Shown here: piece after piece, positions 45,334 through 56,021 of the stretch
Layout: each line of letters opens with the position of its first letter
Numbering within the stretch: the stretch's first letter is position 1
Source of the DNA: an uncultured Nitrospiraceae bacterium
Lineage (GTDB): Bacteria > Nitrospirota > Thermodesulfovibrionia > Thermodesulfovibrionales > Dissulfurispiraceae
Direction of reading: 5' to 3'
DNA: 64,000 nucleotides
NCBI GenBank assembly: GCA_963705105.1
Contig: CAVPIW010000016.1
Coordinates: 1-64,000, forward strand
The notes under the pieces: model-generated
Seen by the model: the letters and a program-made list of their open reading frames with translations, nothing else
What the model was told of the DNA's origin: nothing
Database searches by the model: none
Made by a program: the position numbers and the translations under genes

Positions 45334-45777
45334 TCATGCACAGCCTGACTTCTCTATGATCTCCCCGACGATCGGGACGTACTCCGTCTTTCCCTCTATC
45401 CGCTTCGATGCTATTTTCACGATCAGAAACGTCGCGATGAGCAGACCGAAACCTGTCAGGGCCGAGACGATGTCCGGATCGCTGCCGGGGAAAAACCCGC
45501 TCAGATATTCCTTGCCCAGCACGGCGCCCACAATGAGGGCGAGGGCAGGGATGCCGTAGACCATGAGGGCTCCCTTGATGTAGGTATAGGGCCTGAAGAA
45601 CACCCGCACCGTATCGCCCACGGCCGCCCGCACATCGTTGACCGCCTCCACCTCAGCCCCGCCTGCAACGACCTTGCAGACCGACCCTCCCGGGCATTTC
45701 TCTCAGCCGCTCTGCTTCTGAATGGCGACAACGGCCATGGGGCCCTTCAGTTCCCTGACGATCCCGATCTCTTCCAC
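45334..45777 (-). CDS. rseC: RseC/MucC-family membrane protein with an in-frame UGA (candidate selenocysteine at codon 25)
   Basis: GTG 45777 gives MEEIGIVRELKGPMAVVAIQKQSG-UGA-EKCPGGSVCK...GDTV...YGIP plus two TM helices, in frame with ORF 45334-45651. Confidence 0.82.
45661..45681 (-). promoter_or_regulatory. Candidate bacterial SECIS hairpin
   Basis: GTCTGCAA-GGTCG-TTGCAGGC stem-loop; the G-first loop begins 29 nt after the UGA. Confidence 0.7.
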
Positions 45778-47614
45778 GATTGCTTTCTCTCTTACCTGTA
45801 AGGAAATTAAGAGTAAATTATACCATATAGAGTGAATCAAAGGGTTATAAGCGGGGGGGCCAGGGGAGCTGGGAGGGAAACGGGGCGTTCCTGCCCCATG
45901 ATCGCGGAGCGATGGCGCCGTGCTTCCCTTGCTTCGGCATGTCGTTATCAGTCATGAAGCCGTAAAATGCTCCCTATCGTCACATCCAACTCTTTGGTCC
46001 ATAAACATAAAAATGATCCCTCCGACCAGTGCTTGTGCTATAATGAGCCTAAGAGAACGGGCAGACGGGTATGTCGGCTAATTTTGTTAGCAGGTACAGC
46101 GAGCAATACTTGAGCAATGGCTAAGTCAGTTGGTGCAGGAAGGTGTGTTCATTGCCTTAAGGTGGTACAAGAACGAAATTGGGATCATGTCTTTCCCGAA
46201 TCCTGGTACCCTGAGACAACACCACCTGACATTGCAAAGTGGAAAGCCCCGAGCTGCATAAGATGTAACAGGGATTATGGTAAGATCGAACAGGATCTGC
46301 TAATAATATTTGGTCTATGTCTTGACCCCAATCATCCAGACACAAAAGGTATTGCCAAGAAAGCTCTTCGATCGATCAAACCAGAATATGGCCGAGATCG
46401 AAAAGATCGTCGGGCTCGGGAACGAAAGCTGGAGAAAACACTGCGAGAATTGACTATATTTCAGTCAATACCTGATCATGGCATTTTCCCGAACTTTGGG
46501 CCACTACAGCCACCGAGCACTGAAGGCTATATTGGCTTACCACTTCCGAAACACCAGATTGAACGGCTCGCCGAAAAAATTGTGAGAGGTGTTGCCTTTG
46601 TTGAAGATGGCCTTTATATAGATGAGCGATACAATTTGAGGTCATGTCAATAGGTGTGTAAAAAGCCATCAGGCGGCGAACCTTTCGACAGACTCTTCCT
46701 GCTCGACGGCAATGCCGTCTGTGAAGAGTTTCCCCTCGTGGACATCCCTCAGTAACCAATATCCCTTGAGCCTGCGGAATCTCTTCTCAGCGACTCCCAG
46801 CAACTTCCAGATCATCGCCGTCGCGTTTTGGACTTTCCTATACCGCTTCGCCGCATCCGTTCTCAAACGCACCGCGCTGAACGGTGACTCCACCACATTG
46901 GTCGTCCTGATATGCACCCAGTGCTCTTTCGGCAATGAATAGAACGTCACCATTCGCTCCCAATCTCTCCTCAGGGTCTCCGTCGCCTTCGGAAAATCCC
47001 TCCCATACCGGCTGATAAAGCTGTCCCTGAGCCTCTCACACTCTGCCTGCGTCTCTGCATAGGGGATCTTGGTGAGATACTCGCCTGCCTCGGCACGTAT
47101 CCTCTTGGGCATCGCATCCAGCACGTTGGTTATCTTATGGTTCCAACACCTCTGCTCCTTGCCCTCGGGATGAAGCTCTCCCAACGCTGACCATATCCCC
47201 AAATGACCATCGGCAACCGTCAATGTGCCCAGCTTCAGTCCCCGAGCGGTCAGATCCCTCAGGACCCCTGCCCAGGATTCCTTGCTCTCCCGATACCCGC
47301 TCTCGCAGGCCAGCAGGATCTTTTCCCCCGTAACCAACGCCCCGATGATCACCAGCAATGCTGCTTTGTCTTTCTCCAACCCGGCCTTCACGTATATCCC
47401 GTCCGCCCACTGATAGACGACCTCAAGCCCGGAAAGATCCCGAGCCTTCCACTCGTCGTATTCGCACTGCCATTTGCCCTTCAGCCGCTGGATCGACGAG
47501 GACGACAGCGGCGCCCTGTTGTTTTTCGCATTAAACCGACCTATATTTTCTGATTAAAGCAGCTTGTACATTGTCTCGACCTTTTGAGGAAGGGGGGGCG
47601 GGTGCCCCCCATCG

Positions 47615-48421
47615 TCAGATGATTTCCGAGGATGCAAGGCGGACATGCTCAGCGGAGACAAGCGGGCATTTCTCCGCAGCGGCAGCCATCAGCGCGCCTC
47701 TGGCAAGATTATTCGCCCGTCTGAGCAGGCCGCCGGAGCCATGGTGAATCGCCGTGACGGCCTGCTCGCTGAAAAGATTCTGGGTGCATCCCGCCACGAC
47801 GAGATGGTGCAGAAGGTAGGGGGCCATTTCATCACTTGTGAGAGATTCCATATGGCCTCGTGCAACCACCCGTGAGGCCAGAGGTCTGGACTGTCTGAAC
47901 ATGAGGTTGTCGATCAGGTTATTTTGCCCGGCCAGAATGATCGGCAGCAGCGGCTGTGAATCGCCATCAAACTGTGCCAGGGTATGAATCTCCGCAAAGA
48001 CATCCATCCTGATCAGGGAGGCCTCATCGACAATGAGCACGGGCCTCTGCTTTTTATGGACCAGTTCCAGGAGGCACGTGCGGATCATCTTCGTCAGAAC
48101 GGCCTTGGAGGAACTCCGGGATTCGATGTCCAGGGCAGCGCAGATCTGCCTGTACAGCTCGATGATCGATCCTGATGTTGCCGTCACAAAGAGGATTCTG
48201 TATTCCGAGGGATGAAGGGCCGATGAGGCGAACCGCAGGGCGGAGGATTTGCCGCTGCCCACATCCCCGGTGATCACGGCCACTGCCCCGAGGTTCACCG
48301 CGTACAGGAAGCGCTCCTTGGCGCCGATGAGTGCGACGCTTTTCATCAGGTCGTCGATCCTGAGATCCTGTGCAAAGGGCTCCTTTTGAAAGCCGAAGAA
48401 GACCCCGGTGAGGTCACTCAT
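47615..48421 (-). CDS. ExeA-like AAA ATPase (transposition helper)
   Basis: FGFQKEPF, GDVGSGKS Walker A, LIVDEA Walker B, ILAGQ. Confidence 0.9.
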   Translation of the reverse strand: MSDLTGVFFGFQKEPFAQDLRIDDLMKSVALIGAKERFLYAVNLGAVAVITGDVGSGKSSALRFASSALHPSEYRILFVTATSGSIIELYRQICAALDIESRSSSKAVLTKMIRTCLLELVHKKQRPVLIVDEASLIRMDVFAEIHTLAQFDGDSQPLLPIILAGQNNLIDNLMFRQSRPLASRVVARGHMESLTSDEMAPYLLHHLVVAGCTQNLFSEQAVTAIHHGSGGLLRRANNLARGALMAAAAEKCPLVSAEHVRLASSEII

Positions 48422-49721
48422 TGCCGGCCTCCGTATCCCTGCGACCAAACAGAGTGCCTCCCCGATATCGTTGGGGTGTAGTGAGGGGTTCGACCTCCAG
48501 GGCGTCCTTTCCCCTGCGGATGCGGCAGTTGACATGGACATCCACCGGGCGAGCGAATCCATACGTCATGCCTGCCAGAGTGATCTCCACCCGGGCGGGG
48601 TCGTGGTCATTGTACAGCAGGGTCACCTGCTTTCCGATCAGCGGCACCGGCGCTTCGTAGAGTCGTCCATTGAGGGAGACGGTCCTGTCTTTTGCCACGG
48701 TCCGTCGGGCAACGGTGCGGAAGTGATCTTCGAGGTCCTTCGGGGCAGGCCGCACACAGGCGATGTTGTCGGCAAAACGCTGCAGTGGTGTCTGCCCTGT
48801 GCTGCCGTGCGTCGTGTCATGGTACCGCCGTATCCACGAGCCGAGGGTCGCGTTGAGGTCATCCAACGTGGTGACGGTCTGAGCGCTGATGACTTGGTCC
48901 CGTATAGTGCGAAACCACCTCTCCACCTTCCCCTTGCCCTGGGGCTGGTACGGCTTGGCATGCAGTAAAACGATGCCCAGGGAAGCGCAGATATGCTCCA
49001 GGTGGTGACTCCGGAAGGCGGAGCCGTTATCCACGTAGAGCTTCCTTGGGATGCCGCGCATCAGAAGGGCTTTGCGAAAGGCATCCAGAAAGCACCCCAG
49101 CCGCTCGTGAAGATAAAACTCCGCATGAGGAATCAAACGGCTGTGGTCGTCCAGGAAGGCGATCAGATAGGTCTTTCTCTGTTTCCCCTCCACGGCAGCA
49201 GAGGGGCCGTGCATCACGTCGGCTTGCCACAGGGTGTTGGGTGCCTCCGCCTCGAACTTCCTCCTGTCCTGCGGAGCCGCCGACGGCTTGTCGAGCAATC
49301 CCTCGGCCTGCAGGAAGCGGTACACGGCGGAATAGGTGACCTTTGTCCCCGGCAGGATGATCTTCCTGTGCCGCGCCTGCTGCATCAGCACGGGCAAGGA
49401 GACCCCCGGCAGCTCTTTGCGGAGTGTCTTGAGGCCCATCGCCGTCTCCTCGTCGATCGCCCGCGGCTTGCCCTTGTCGGAGCGTCCCCGGGGATACAGC
49501 GACTCCAGCTTGTTGCCCGAGGCCTTGTACCGCGCAATCCACTGTTTGATCGCAGATTCGCTGATCCGGGTCCGCACGCTATGGGGAATCGTCCACTTCC
49601 GGGCGCACTTGTCCTTCATCAGCCTGTCGGTCTCTCCCCTGTCCAGCGTCCTGCCGTCTACAAAGTCGGCGATCACCCCAAACCGAAACACCGCGATCCG
49701 TTTTTGCTTGTCTTCGTCCAC
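48414..49721 (-). CDS. DDE transposase (rve core, Mu-like C-terminus)
   Basis: WQADVMHG, LDDHSR, LYVDNGSAF, GKVERWF. Confidence 0.93.
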   Translation of the reverse strand: MDEDKQKRIAVFRFGVIADFVDGRTLDRGETDRLMKDKCARKWTIPHSVRTRISESAIKQWIARYKASGNKLESLYPRGRSDKGKPRAIDEETAMGLKTLRKELPGVSLPVLMQQARHRKIILPGTKVTYSAVYRFLQAEGLLDKPSAAPQDRRKFEAEAPNTLWQADVMHGPSAAVEGKQRKTYLIAFLDDHSRLIPHAEFYLHERLGCFLDAFRKALLMRGIPRKLYVDNGSAFRSHHLEHICASLGIVLLHAKPYQPQGKGKVERWFRTIRDQVISAQTVTTLDDLNATLGSWIRRYHDTTHGSTGQTPLQRFADNIACVRPAPKDLEDHFRTVARRTVAKDRTVSLNGRLYEAPVPLIGKQVTLLYNDHDPARVEITLAGMTYGFARPVDVHVNCRIRRGKDALEVEPLTTPQRYRGGTLFGRRDTEAGNE

Positions 49722-49825
49722 TACAAACCTCCTTCATCGTGTGATGAAAGAGCGTACACCAGCGACCATCCCCAGCGTAATGGCACAGTTCGGTGGACTG
49801 CCTCCTCGTCACCCCCCTGTCGGCA

Positions 49826-50281
49826 TTAAAGCAGCCTCTTGACGGGGACCTTGCCGCGCTGCAGCACCTCATGAAAGCCCTCAAGAAGATCACCGGAGAA
49901 GGACAGACCGAGGGACGTCGTGATGTTTCTGCCCAGAGCCCGTAGCCAGTGCCCCTGCCTCTGCCGGCTGAACTCCCGGCTCCCCCATACGCCCTTTGTG
50001 ATCCGATGACACAAACGGGCAAAGATGATCCGTATCGGCACATGGTGACGGGGCCAGTAGCCAAAAGGACGAAGTCTGTAGAGGCAGCCGCACTCGGCAC
50101 AGACGAACCGCTTCAGGACAAGGGCCGTGCCGTATCCGTCGAAGTGGGCATCGACGTACCCATGACTCCAGATCCTGCTGCTCCCACACCCCTCCCGCAG
50201 ACACGCCGACGGCCGGGGGAATGCATAGTCGCGGCCACGTTCAAAGAGCTCCTTGATACTTCCTGTGAAAAACAGTAACAA
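49826..50281 (-). CDS. IS-associated Cys-rich zinc-ribbon protein (DUF6431-like)
   Basis: C..C...HGY...RFVCAEC; AGGAGG RBS before TTG 50281. Confidence 0.7.
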   Translation of the reverse strand: MLLFFTGSIKELFERGRDYAFPRPSACLREGCGSSRIWSHGYVDAHFDGYGTALVLKRFVCAECGCLYRLRPFGYWPRHHVPIRIIFARLCHRITKGVWGSREFSRQRQGHWLRALGRNITTSLGLSFSGDLLEGFHEVLQRGKVPVKRLL

Positions 50282-51245
50282 TACAATCCTCCTTGGGCCT
50301 GAAGCGATGAAGGGAGCGCCAGAACTCACTGCTCGTCGCTTTGGGCCTTTGTCGTAATGGGACATCACGGAGGATAGTTTAATCCGAATGACAGGATGTT
50401 TGGGTCAGAAGATTGTGAAGAATACAGCGGCTTTTAGGTCAGCTTAATGAGGGAACTAACACGCCCCTTCTCCCAATAACCCCCGAAGCGCTAAATCAAA
50501 ATCCCCCTGCGCCAGTCCGTGGAGATACAATTCCGGCAGTAACTGCCCCACTTCTTTTGACCGACGTATGAATAACGGCAGGACCTTGCTCTCAAATCGC
50601 TCCTCCGCTCCCCGCACACGGGGCCGTCGGACCGTGATCGTCCCGTTCATCAGCGTGAACTTCTTCCCCTTCCCGTGTCCGTTCCAATACCCCCGCTTGC
50701 TATCCACCTTCTTGATCCTCTCGGATTTCTTCCTCCCTAAAAAGATCTCGACTTCCTCTTCCAGTATGTCTTGAATGTATTCCTGGACTCTCTGCCGAAC
50801 TATCCCTTCCAATGCCTCGTACGTCGCCCTTGACGGCTCAACTGCCTCGGTGATACTCTTGTCCATGGTGGTGTCTCCTTTCTCTTTGTTGATTCCAGGT
50901 CAACTGATTAAGGATACACCGCCTTCTCACTCATTTACACACTTTTTGATCTTACCTCTACAATTTTGAGATTTATGTATTAGAGGATGCAGGAGCGACG
51001 CCGGTCATTGAACTGATTGAAAAGTATGGCGTCCAACTGCATCGTGGACCTGGTCTGGTCGTTCGGCGTGCAGTCATTCCAGAAGACCGCCAGTCTGGTC
51101 TATACGCAGTCGAAATATGGGGGCGAGCAAAGCTCTATGCGGCTGTCACGCCGAAGTCGCTTGATGACATCAATGACTAAACTGTTAATCACTGGCTCGC
51201 GCAGCCGCTGGCGCTAGCGCACGGCCGTAACCGCTGAGAGGGAAA

Positions 51246-52001
51246 ATGGCTGCACTACCCGAAACAATCGAAGAAAAACAAGGACAATACGTCTTCTTCG
51301 TCTATATCGTCGAATCGCCGTCGGCTGCTGACCTTTATCATGGTCGATCGGAGGGCAGTGTTGTAGCAAATGCGCTGCGATTAGATTCGATCCCTTGCAT
51401 AACCCGAACCGCGATTAATCCCGAGGCTTTTATGGCTGCGCTGCGTATTGGACTGCCTGAAGCAATGAAACAATTTCGAGGGCGATACCCTATTCTTCAT
51501 CTGAGTGCTCATGGCGGTAGCGATGGCATTCAACTATCCAGCGGCGATATTGTTACATGGCAATCACTTCGTGAGTTGTTGGTCCCCATTAATAGAAGTC
51601 TTCAGGGCGTATTGCTTCTTTGCATGTCAGCATGCGAAGGATATAGTGCATGTCGTATGGCGATGGAAATTAAAGACTCACCTCATCCCTATTTCGCAAT
51701 GATTGGCAATAGCAGTAGACCTACATGGTCGGACACTGCCGTGTCCTACCTTGCCTTTTATCATCTGCTTTCGAAAGGCTGGGCAATACCCGATGCTGTG
51801 AACTCTATGAAGGCTGCTTCAGGAGAAGAAAATTGGATTGTTCAGACAGCTGATCAGATCAAGAAAGATTATATAGAATTCTTGAAAAGCAAGATTGAAC
51901 CTGTGGCATTGCAACGAGAACTTGAAACAGTTGCTCGTGAGGAAGAGCTTTCGCGTGCTGCACAATCCCTTAAACAATCACAGATAGCGCAACGCTCGTA
52001 A
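51246..52001 (+). CDS. Stand-alone caspase/CHAT-fold protein
   Basis: PILHLSAHG and LCMSACEG His-Cys dyad motifs. Confidence 0.72.
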   Translation: MAALPETIEEKQGQYVFFVYIVESPSAADLYHGRSEGSVVANALRLDSIPCITRTAINPEAFMAALRIGLPEAMKQFRGRYPILHLSAHGGSDGIQLSSGDIVTWQSLRELLVPINRSLQGVLLLCMSACEGYSACRMAMEIKDSPHPYFAMIGNSSRPTWSDTAVSYLAFYHLLSKGWAIPDAVNSMKAASGEENWIVQTADQIKKDYIEFLKSKIEPVALQRELETVAREEELSRAAQSLKQSQIAQRS

Positions 52002-52075
52002 TAAAAGCAGACCTAAAGCAATTCTATTCTATTCTGAGTTCACAAATGGCATTCGCCCCGAACTGGAGAACAGAT

Positions 52076-52567
52076 ATGAAAAATATAGGGCTCTATTTCT
52101 TCGATGCGTCAGCAGTTATAAAAATATTTGTCGCAGAACCAGGAAGTGAAAGAGTCAATAAAATAATGGGCTCTATTGACCCCATCTTTTCATCTTGGGT
52201 GATTCTTGCTGAAGTTTTAGGCGTGTTAAAGAGGAAATATTTAATAGATAAGAATTTATCGGATGCCGAATATAGCCAGGCTATAGATAGGTTCTTCAAA
52301 ATGATTAAATCAAGAAAAATAAGGGTTCTCGATCTCACCGAAGAAAATGGGGAACCTGCTCTCAGCACCTTTACTGGAGATATCGCGACCATCCGAAAAC
52401 AATACCCGTATTTGGACGCGGCTGACGCGTTACAAATCGCGGCAATGGACAACAGCATCCTGAAGCTGTTGCAGAAAAATGGTTCAACATTTTTTGTAAC
52501 CGCGGACAACAAACTGGGGAAAGCTGCTGAGGAAAAAGGATATGAAGTTCTTTATGTAAATTCTTAG
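52076..52567 (+). CDS. PIN-domain (VapC-like) ribonuclease
   Basis: FFDASAVIK...EPGS, E, DAADALQIA, FVTADNKL. Confidence 0.88.
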   Translation: MKNIGLYFFDASAVIKIFVAEPGSERVNKIMGSIDPIFSSWVILAEVLGVLKRKYLIDKNLSDAEYSQAIDRFFKMIKSRKIRVLDLTEENGEPALSTFTGDIATIRKQYPYLDAADALQIAAMDNSILKLLQKNGSTFFVTADNKLGKAAEEKGYEVLYVNS

Positions 52568-52660
52568 GGGGCTGGGGCCGGCAATTTGCCGACCCCTCTT
52601 CTTACTGTACTCGATTTTCTGCAGACTGACAGATGAAAGAAGGAAACATGATTCGTATGG

Positions 52661-52942
52661 TTACCATCTATTCCTGTACTGCTTCTGATAGGGATTCGTC
52701 GACGGCGCGCTGTATGGATCTCGTTGATATGGTGTCTGCACGCGCGGGTTTCTGTCGTTGTAGTCATACCTGTTAATAGTTCCATCCTTGTCACTATCCT
52801 TCCACATATTGTCATAATTCCTGTAATTGTTACCCCAAGCATCTTCGTAAGGTCTTGATCCAGAACCCGAGTTTGCCGCCTGAGAAGTCCCGACAAGTGC
52901 TATTGTGAGAATGACGACCATTGCCAATCCGAGTTTTTTCAT
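52661..52942 (-). CDS. Small secreted protein with DxDxDG motif
   Basis: GAGGAGG RBS, signal peptide, DSDKDGTINRYD. Confidence 0.75.
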   Translation of the reverse strand: MKKLGLAMVVILTIALVGTSQAANSGSGSRPYEDAWGNNYRNYDNMWKDSDKDGTINRYDYNDRNPRVQTPYQRDPYSAPSTNPYQKQYRNRW

Positions 52943-52960
52943 TTCTACCTCCTCATCTTT

Positions 52961-53263
52961 TTATCTGAGCTTGTATTGTTTGGAATCGTGGTTATCATGG
53001 ATGAAATTGTTGTTGTCATCACGGTCCCTGAGATTAGGGATACCATCCCTGTCATTGTCACGAATGAACGGACTGCTGAAACCGCCACGACCTTTTGATG
53101 GCCCGTAATTATTCCATTTCATGGAGTCCGGCGTTGAACGATAGTGGGGCGCCACGTATGCACCGTTGCTACGAAAATGGCCGCCGACCTTGGCGGCGGA
53201 TGCAACCGCCGCGAAGCAAACAACCAGCAGCCCGGCTACAATCCCTGGAAGTGTCTTCTTCAT
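52961..53263 (-). CDS. Small secreted protein with VxGxxRxNGxYVxPHYR and DxDxDG motifs
   Basis: AGGAGG RBS, signal peptide, DNDRDGIPNLRDRD. Confidence 0.75.
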   Translation of the reverse strand: MKKTLPGIVAGLLVVCFAAVASAAKVGGHFRSNGAYVAPHYRSTPDSMKWNNYGPSKGRGGFSSPFIRDNDRDGIPNLRDRDDNNNFIHDNHDSKQYKLR

Positions 53264-54650
53264 CTTTTTCCTCCTTTGATCTGATTTGCTTCTATAAACA
53301 ATAGACAAACAAGAAGGAGAAATCTTGCAGGATGTGCCGAAAAAAAATCAGAAGGATTACTGCCAGTCGCCGATGAGGATAAAAGGAGCCCAGAAATAGG
53401 GATGGGAGCCGTCTACGGTTTGGATGCCCTTCTCGACGGGAACAAATTTCTGTTTCTTGCCTTCCGTGATTCCGCCGACGCCACGAACAATGCCGCGCCC
53501 GGTCTTACCCCTGATCATTTCAATTTGTGCAAGCCGGAGCGCCTGCGCCTTGGGATATGTCTTCAAATTTCTGTAGAAAAGCTCCATGAACTTGGCGGTC
53601 GATTCATCGTTCACCTTCCAGAGGCTGGCGACGATGGACGGCGCACCGGCATAAATAAAACCGCGGGTCAGACCGATCAACTCATCTCCGGTCAGCATTT
53701 TACCAAGTGCCGTTTCACAAGCACTAAGCGTAACGAGGGATGCATTTTGCAGATCAAGATTAAAAATTTCCTGGACTTCGAGTCTTCCGTCTTCGTCCTT
53801 GTCCTTCGTCAGACGAATACTCGATAAAAGCGGGGCATCGGTGTTCAATTCGCCATGGGTAGCGAAATGGATGGCATTATATCCAGCCGTTAATTCCTTC
53901 GCTCTTTTTTCAGTAGCCCGTTCTCTAAGAAAAAGTGACGTACTCTCCGGGAACATAGTATCAAGCATTTGCACCTCTGCTTCTGCATAAGGCAAATTCA
54001 AACTCTCTTCTTCAAGCACAGGATTGCCAAAGGCCAAAATTCTTCCTGTGAAAGGTTTTCTTTTTGCAACGATAAGTTTCAGCACACTTGCGCTTGGAGC
54101 ATATAATATCTCATATTGTTCGACGAGGAACATATCACGGGCTTCGCTGGAATTTTCATTTTTGTCTGCAGGATTGACAAGGAGTGCTTGAAACGGCAAG
54201 AAATGAAAGCCGGCATAGGGAATTATTACAATCCTCTTGGTCTTGATAAATGGAACTGCTGGACGTAATATTAGATCATACAGTTGTGATGCTATTTCAT
54301 TATAGTTGCCTATAGTTGTTATAGAATTTCTGAACTTCACAATCACTGATATTACATTTTGCGTAGTAGCTGAAGTTTCGATAAAATGAAACATATTTTT
54401 ATTTATTATCCATATGACGATTCTGTTAGGATCTGTTGCATAAAAGTATTCTAATAATGTCGTATCATCATCGAGCGTGTTTTGAACTTCTTTCATCGTT
54501 AAAGGAACGCCGCTTATTAATGAAAAAAAATCAGGATCTACTTGTTTTATTGTGGCCATAATTTTGTCATGCTCTATTTGAGCAGATTCCATATTACGAT
54601 ATAATATGTCGACAATGTTATCCTTCTGTTCCCTTACTCTATATTGGATC

Positions 54651-56021
54651 GAGGTAAGATCAAAAAGTGTGTAAATGAGTGAGAAGGCGGTGTATCCTTA
54701 ATCAGTTGACCTGGAATCAACAAAGAGAAAGGAGACACCACCATGGACAAGAGTATCACCGAGGCAGTTGAGCCGTCAAGGGCGACGTACGAGGCATTGG
54801 AAGGGATAGTTCGGCAGAGAGTCCAGGAATACATTCAAGACATACTGGAAGAGGAAGTCGAGATCTTTTTAGGGAGGAAGAAATCCGAGAGGATCAAGAA
54901 GGTGGATAGCAAGCGGGGGTATTGGAACGGACACGGGAAGGGGAAGAAGTTCACGCTGATGAACGGGACGATCACGGTCCGACGGCCCCGTGTGCGGGGA
55001 GCGGAGGAGCGATTTGAGAGCAAGGTCCTGCCGTTATTCATACGTCGGTCAAAAGAAGTGGGGCAGTTACTGCCGGAATTGTATCTCCACGGACTGGCGC
55101 AGGGGGATTTTGATTTAGCGCTTCGGGGGTTATTGGGAGAAGGGGCGCCGCTGTCGTCCTCGTCGATCCAGCGGCTGAAGGGCAAATGGCAGTGCGAATA
55201 CGACGAGTGGAAGGCTCGGGATCTTTCCGGGCTTGAGGTCGTCTATCAGTGGGCGGACGGGATATACGTGAAGGCCGGGTTGGAGAAAGACAAAGCAGCA
55301 TTGCTGGTGATCATCGGGGCGTTGGTTACGGGGGAAAAGATCCTGCTGGCCTGCGAGAGCGGGTATCGGGAGAGCAAGGAATCCTGGGCAGGGGTCCTGA
55401 GGGATCTGACCGCTCGGGGACTGAAGCTGGGCACATTGACGGTTGCCGATGGTCATTTGGGGATATGGTCAGCGTTGGGAGAGCTTCATCCCGAGGGCAA
55501 GGAGCAGAGGTGTTGGAACCATAAGATAACCAACGTGCTGGATGCGATGCCCAAGAGGATACGTGCCGAGGCAGGCGAGTATCTCACCAAGATCCCCTAT
55601 GCAGAGACGCAGGCAGAGTGTGAGAGGCTCAGGGACAGCTTTATCAGCCGGTATGGGAGGGATTTTCCGAAGGCGACGGAGACCCTGAGGAGAGATTGGG
55701 AGCGAATGGTGACGTTCTATTCATTGCCGAAAGAGCACTGGGTGCATATCAGGACGACCAATGTGGTGGAGTCACCGTTCAGCGCGGTGCGTTTGAGAAC
55801 GGATGCGGCGAAGCGGTATAGGAAAGTCCAAAACGCGACGGCGATGATCTGGAAGTTGCTGGGAGTCGCTGAGAAGAGATTCCGCAGGCTCAAGGGATAT
55901 TGGTTACTGAGGGATGTCCACGAGGGGAAACTCTTCACAGACGGCATTGCCGTCGAGCAGGAAGAGTCTGTCGAAAGGTTCGCCGCCTGATGGCTTTTTA
56001 CACACCTATTGACATGACCTC
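54651..56021 (+). mobile_element. IS256-family element copy A (1371 bp)
   Basis: Inverted repeats GAGGTAAGATCAAAAAGTGTGTAAA / TTTACACACCTATTGACATGACCTC; 8-bp TSD ATTGGATC. Confidence 0.97.
54743..55990 (+). CDS. IS256-family transposase
   Basis: WADGIY, VADG, QRCWNHK, RTTNVVES; 415 aa. Confidence 0.95.
   Translation: MDKSITEAVEPSRATYEALEGIVRQRVQEYIQDILEEEVEIFLGRKKSERIKKVDSKRGYWNGHGKGKKFTLMNGTITVRRPRVRGAEERFESKVLPLFIRRSKEVGQLLPELYLHGLAQGDFDLALRGLLGEGAPLSSSSIQRLKGKWQCEYDEWKARDLSGLEVVYQWADGIYVKAGLEKDKAALLVIIGALVTGEKILLACESGYRESKESWAGVLRDLTARGLKLGTLTVADGHLGIWSALGELHPEGKEQRCWNHKITNVLDAMPKRIRAEAGEYLTKIPYAETQAECERLRDSFISRYGRDFPKATETLRRDWERMVTFYSLPKEHWVHIRTTNVVESPFSAVRLRTDAAKRYRKVQNATAMIWKLLGVAEKRFRRLKGYWLLRDVHEGKLFTDGIAVEQEESVERFAA

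Larger units (their letters stand above)
47517..50461 (-). mobile_element. 2945-bp three-gene IS (Cys-rich ORF, Mu/rve-type DDE transposase, ExeA-like ATPase)
   Basis: TGT...ACA ends, imperfect ~29-bp inverted repeats, 5-bp TSD CGCCC. Confidence 0.92.
46638..50958 (-). mobile_element. IS256-family element copy D, itself disrupted by a nested IS
   Basis: Same ends as copies A-C, 8-bp TSD TACAATTT; transposase split into 50866-50462 and 47516-46669. Confidence 0.95.
46117..51180 (+). pseudogene. HNH endonuclease-like gene (244 aa reconstructed) interrupted by IS256 copy D
   Basis: CVHC, WDHVFP, CIRCN; the frame resumes after the 8-bp TSD (YNFEIYVLED...DIND-stop at 51180). Confidence 0.82.

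Noticed and set aside
46040..52620. Integron cassette array (GCCTAA...GTTAGC before the HNH gene)
   Set aside because: No convincing RYYYAAC/GTTRRRY attC pairs between the genes and no integron integrase in the window
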